Shown here piece by piece: positions 60,959-64,000 of a stretch of 64,000 bases of DNA (the stretch's first letter is position 1; each line of letters starts with the position of its first letter). The stretch is taken from NCBI GenBank assembly GCA_001643675.2, contig LSRY02000066.1, positions 248,001 to 312,000 of the forward strand, given 5' to 3'. Source of the stretch: Monocercomonoides exilis PA203 (lineage: Eukaryota; Protista; Preaxostyla). The notes below the pieces were generated by a model that did not search any database, was not told the origin of the DNA, and saw nothing but the letters and a program-made list of their open reading frames with translations. A program made the position numbers and the translations under genes.

Positions 60959-63066
60959 TTATTTTCTTTTTGGTTTTTGGTTCTTTGAAGTCTTTGGAGT
61001 CGAAGAAGAAGAAGAAGAAGATTTAGAATTCTCTTTCTTTGGTTGAGATGGTTCTTTTTTCGACTTTCTTTTTGATACTTCTTTGGCTTCATCATCTTCA
61101 TTCTTTTCAACTTTCACCTTTTCTTTTTCCACAATGCCATTTTCACTCGATTCATCTTCTTCTTTCGATTCTTCTTCTTCTTTGTCGCTTTCTTTTAGCT
61201 CATCCTTTTTTGTAATTTTTTTGGCTTTTCTGTCTTTTTCATCTTCTTCGTCTAAATCTCTTTGCAGCTTGTTCAACTGCATCATAAGTTTCTCCTTTTC
61301 CAATCTAAGTTTTCTTTCCTCTTCTTTTAACCTTTCTTCCTCTTCCTCTTCTTTTCTTCTCTTTTCCATTTTCAATTCCACTTCCCTTTGGACTTCAGCA
61401 TCGATCCTTTCCCACTCCTTTTTCTGCTGTCTCCGAAGTTCAAATGCGCTCAATTTCTTTTTGCCATCTCCAGTCGCGTTGCCTCCTTTGCTTCGTGTGC
61501 ATCTTCCGCAGTTTGTCTGGCAGCACACAACAATCCCCATCACCAGCAAAACGACAACAAGCAACGACAAAACGATCACAATCACAAACACCAAAGGATG
61601 GTCTTCAAGGAATTCGTTTCCAAATTCCTTAACAGAAGAGAACAGAGAAGAAATAACACCATGCTTCGTTGGCTTACTTGCTTCTTCTCGTTTCCTTCTC
61701 TCTTCCCTTCGAATCTCATCAAGCCTCACTTTTTCTTCTTCCTCTATTTGATGCCTTTTCGACCATGTTTCATTTGCAACTCGTTCAGCTTCTTCAACAG
61801 AATCTGCAATGAGGATGTCGTCAAATAAAAGTCCTTCTTTTATGTTCAAAATCTCAAATCCTATTCCACCTGCTTTTATGTGCCCAAAATCCACTCCTTC
61901 ATAATCTGTATAGTTCTCGTTCTTTATCGTCCGAGCCTTCCATTCGCCTTTGTATTCTGGGTTTGGAATCAATCTCGGCTTCCACATGCCTCTGTACTTG
62001 GGATTCTTCTTCATCGGAGGCTTCCACTCCCCACAGCCGTGAAGGACGCACATCGGATTGCGGATCTGCGGTGGATGCCATTCGCCTTTGATCTCTTCGT
62101 CCCAATCTGCCGGCTTGACTGCCTTTGGATCATCCAAAAAGGGCTGCGTATCTTCGTCCCAATCATCAGGCATAGTTGCCTCTTTATCTTCAATAAATTC
62201 CGGCTCTGATTCATCCCAGTCTGCTGGTTTTGCATCACTTGGATCAGGAATTTGTCTGATTTCTACCCAATCGTCTGGCTTTTTATCGTTAGGATCTATT
62301 ATCTCCTTTGGGCCTAGCAATGGAGGATTGAAGCAACTGGAATTAAAAAGATCACCACTTATTCCAATTTCTCCATCAATAGAGATATCAAAAAAATGCT
62401 TATCATGAATTACAAGTCTATACAGATGCGTTGAATTATCCCAACGTGCAAGTTTTTGTTCAGTTAATTGATGTATAGTTGCCACTTTATTGATTGGATT
62501 CACCGAACGGAACAGAAACTGCACCGTATTTTTACTTCCACATCTGTCAGGTCCAAACATAATTGCATAATCAGAAGAACCATCAAATGATTTTGGATCA
62601 AAAGTTTCGGTTAACAGTTTGATATACCCACCACCGCAGTCAAACGGAGGTTTTTGAACTTTCATTTCATATTGCAACACGAACTCATCACCTTTAGTTA
62701 CAATACTTTTCTTTGTTGAAATTGCGTGCAAGGATTTAGGAGACAACGTTGTGAGTCCTTAATAAAATTTGAAATTATTAAAAAACAAAATATTTATTAA
62801 ATGGCAAATACATGGAAAAATTACCTTTTCTTCCTTCATCAATCACATCTTCAGTTCTATTTTCAATTGCCCATGATCCGTTATAGCTTGGATTTTCCGA
62901 GTGGATCCATTTAGTACCAATTGTATCTTCTTCAAAATCTTCGAAAAACACAATCTATTGAAAATTATTTAAGCAAATTCACATTATAATTTTAACGGAA
63001 ATAACGACAAAAATACTTCCGCTATACCTCGCTATAAGCGGATGCAACTAAAAAGATAAATATCAT
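60959..63066 (-). CDS. CANX: Calnexin; 3 exons (about 63066-63028, 62955-62826, 62758-60959)
   Basis: Signal peptide, CGGGYIKL, IMFGPDRCG, P-domain repeats (IDPNDKKPDDW, GEWKPPM), one TM helix and charged tail ending KPKRK. Confidence 0.95.
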
Positions 63067-63136
63067 TCAAAAATCACAATTTAATATTACCATTAATTAT
63101 CTTTGAAAAATCCATCCCATACGAAAATTTTATGAG

Positions 63137-64000
63137 ATGAAACTGGAACATTTTCTCTTTTTCATCGTAATTTTATTTTCAAGAGCAATTGAAAATGTTC
63201 CTTCAAATTTACACAATGACTTATCAATTGTTAAATCAGCATTCACACTGTATAATTCAACTTTACAACTTATTTCGTGTAATCAAGCACAATTACCTGA
63301 TGCATTTTGTTCAGTCGTGAAAGACAATTCAAATTTGTGCATTCGAAATTCCGTTCTCAATTACAATGGACATTTGCATTCTTGTATTTATCTGAACAAA
63401 GGAACGACTGTATTTGAATCTGTGAATGTATCTTATCATTTCAACAACAATGCTTTTGGATCTCTGATTTTCTTGGAATCGGTAAACGATAATGCTGTTA
63501 TAACTGATGTACTATTTCAGGATTTATTACAATATTCTGATAACATTCCGATTCTAGCTGATGGCTCTGGTACTATTCAAACAAAAGATTGCTCATTCAG
63601 AAATATTACTACATCAAAAAAAGAAAAATATAACGACCTAAAAAGTGCAATCTCTATACATGAACGTGCTATCTTTGCTATGGAATTTGAACGATGCCTG
63701 TTTGAAAGAAGTCATAATGAATTTTCATCGTTATTGTGCAGAATGAATCATCAGTCGAATCATTTTTTCGGTTGTAATGGAACATTTATTGGAAATGATG
63801 AATGCCCCACTGGAGATGTCACCGTTGATCAATCTGTTAATTTAAAACAATGTACTTGGAAAGATAAAAGAATTGAAGTCCAAACAAAAAGCGATGAAGG
63901 AATCATATCAATGGTAGATTGCGAATGGGAAAACTGCGAATCTGATAAGAAAAATGGAGGCGGCGTTGAATTTAAGAAAGCCAAAGAATTACATTTGCTT
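63137..64000 (+). CDS. Secreted/surface right-handed beta-helix (pectin-lyase-like) repeat protein, truncated by the window end
   Basis: Open frame from ATG 63137 to the end: MKLEHFLFFIVILFSRA signal-like, then DCSFRNIT, RCLFERS, CNGTF and DCEWENC...GGGVEF repeats. Confidence 0.65.
   Translation, partial: MKLEHFLFFIVILFSRAIENVPSNLHNDLSIVKSAFTLYNSTLQLISCNQAQLPDAFCSVVKDNSNLCIRNSVLNYNGHLHSCIYLNKGTTVFESVNVSYHFNNNAFGSLIFLESVNDNAVITDVLFQDLLQYSDNIPILADGSGTIQTKDCSFRNITTSKKEKYNDLKSAISIHERAIFAMEFERCLFERSHNEFSSLLCRMNHQSNHFFGCNGTFIGNDECPTGDVTVDQSVNLKQCTWKDKRIEVQTKSDEGIISMVDCEWENCESDKKNGGGVEFKKAKELHLL

Noticed and set aside
15350-63066. Functional ER gene cluster (Get2-like, GFAT, PrxQ, calnexin)
   Set aside because: Spread over about 48 kb among unrelated genes; no evidence beyond chance
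1-64000. Alternative genetic code (TAA/TAG = Gln) as in some oxymonads
   Set aside because: PFOR, RPS16 and GFAT end at TAA at or near the expected C-terminus, and their exons have no internal TAA/TAG
1-64000. tRNA, rRNA or telomeric repeats
   Set aside because: No cloverleaf, rRNA-like block or TTAGGG array recognised by eye; tRNAscan/Infernal not run

Overview
AT-rich, intron-containing eukaryotic DNA using the standard code (TAA/TAG end conserved genes). The combination of PFOR, short spliceosomal introns, pervasive poly-Ser tracts and beta-helix/SPRY-like families suggests an anaerobic metamonad protist, most like the oxymonad Monocercomonoides (inference). About 20 genes are recognisable by eye: PFOR, an RRM/RS protein, a Get2/CAML-like protein, BCCIP, RPS16, an XMAP215/CKAP5-like protein, bacterial-type GFAT, a START protein, a TMEM107-like protein, an MFS sugar porter, NUDT5, a pseudokinase, an ARM-SPRY-like protein, a B-box/cold-shock/CCCH protein, a signal-peptide PrxQ, calnexin and a beta-helix surface protein. 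Two accessory regions stand out. The first (1-5 kb) holds a decayed hAT transposon with a repeated ~26-bp motif plus a perfect 34-bp palindrome. The second (46.1-52.1 kb) is a block of broken gene fragments bracketed by inverted copies of the same motif, a candidate gene-capturing (Pack-type) element. All family calls are from motif recognition, not database searches; exon boundaries are manual predictions.
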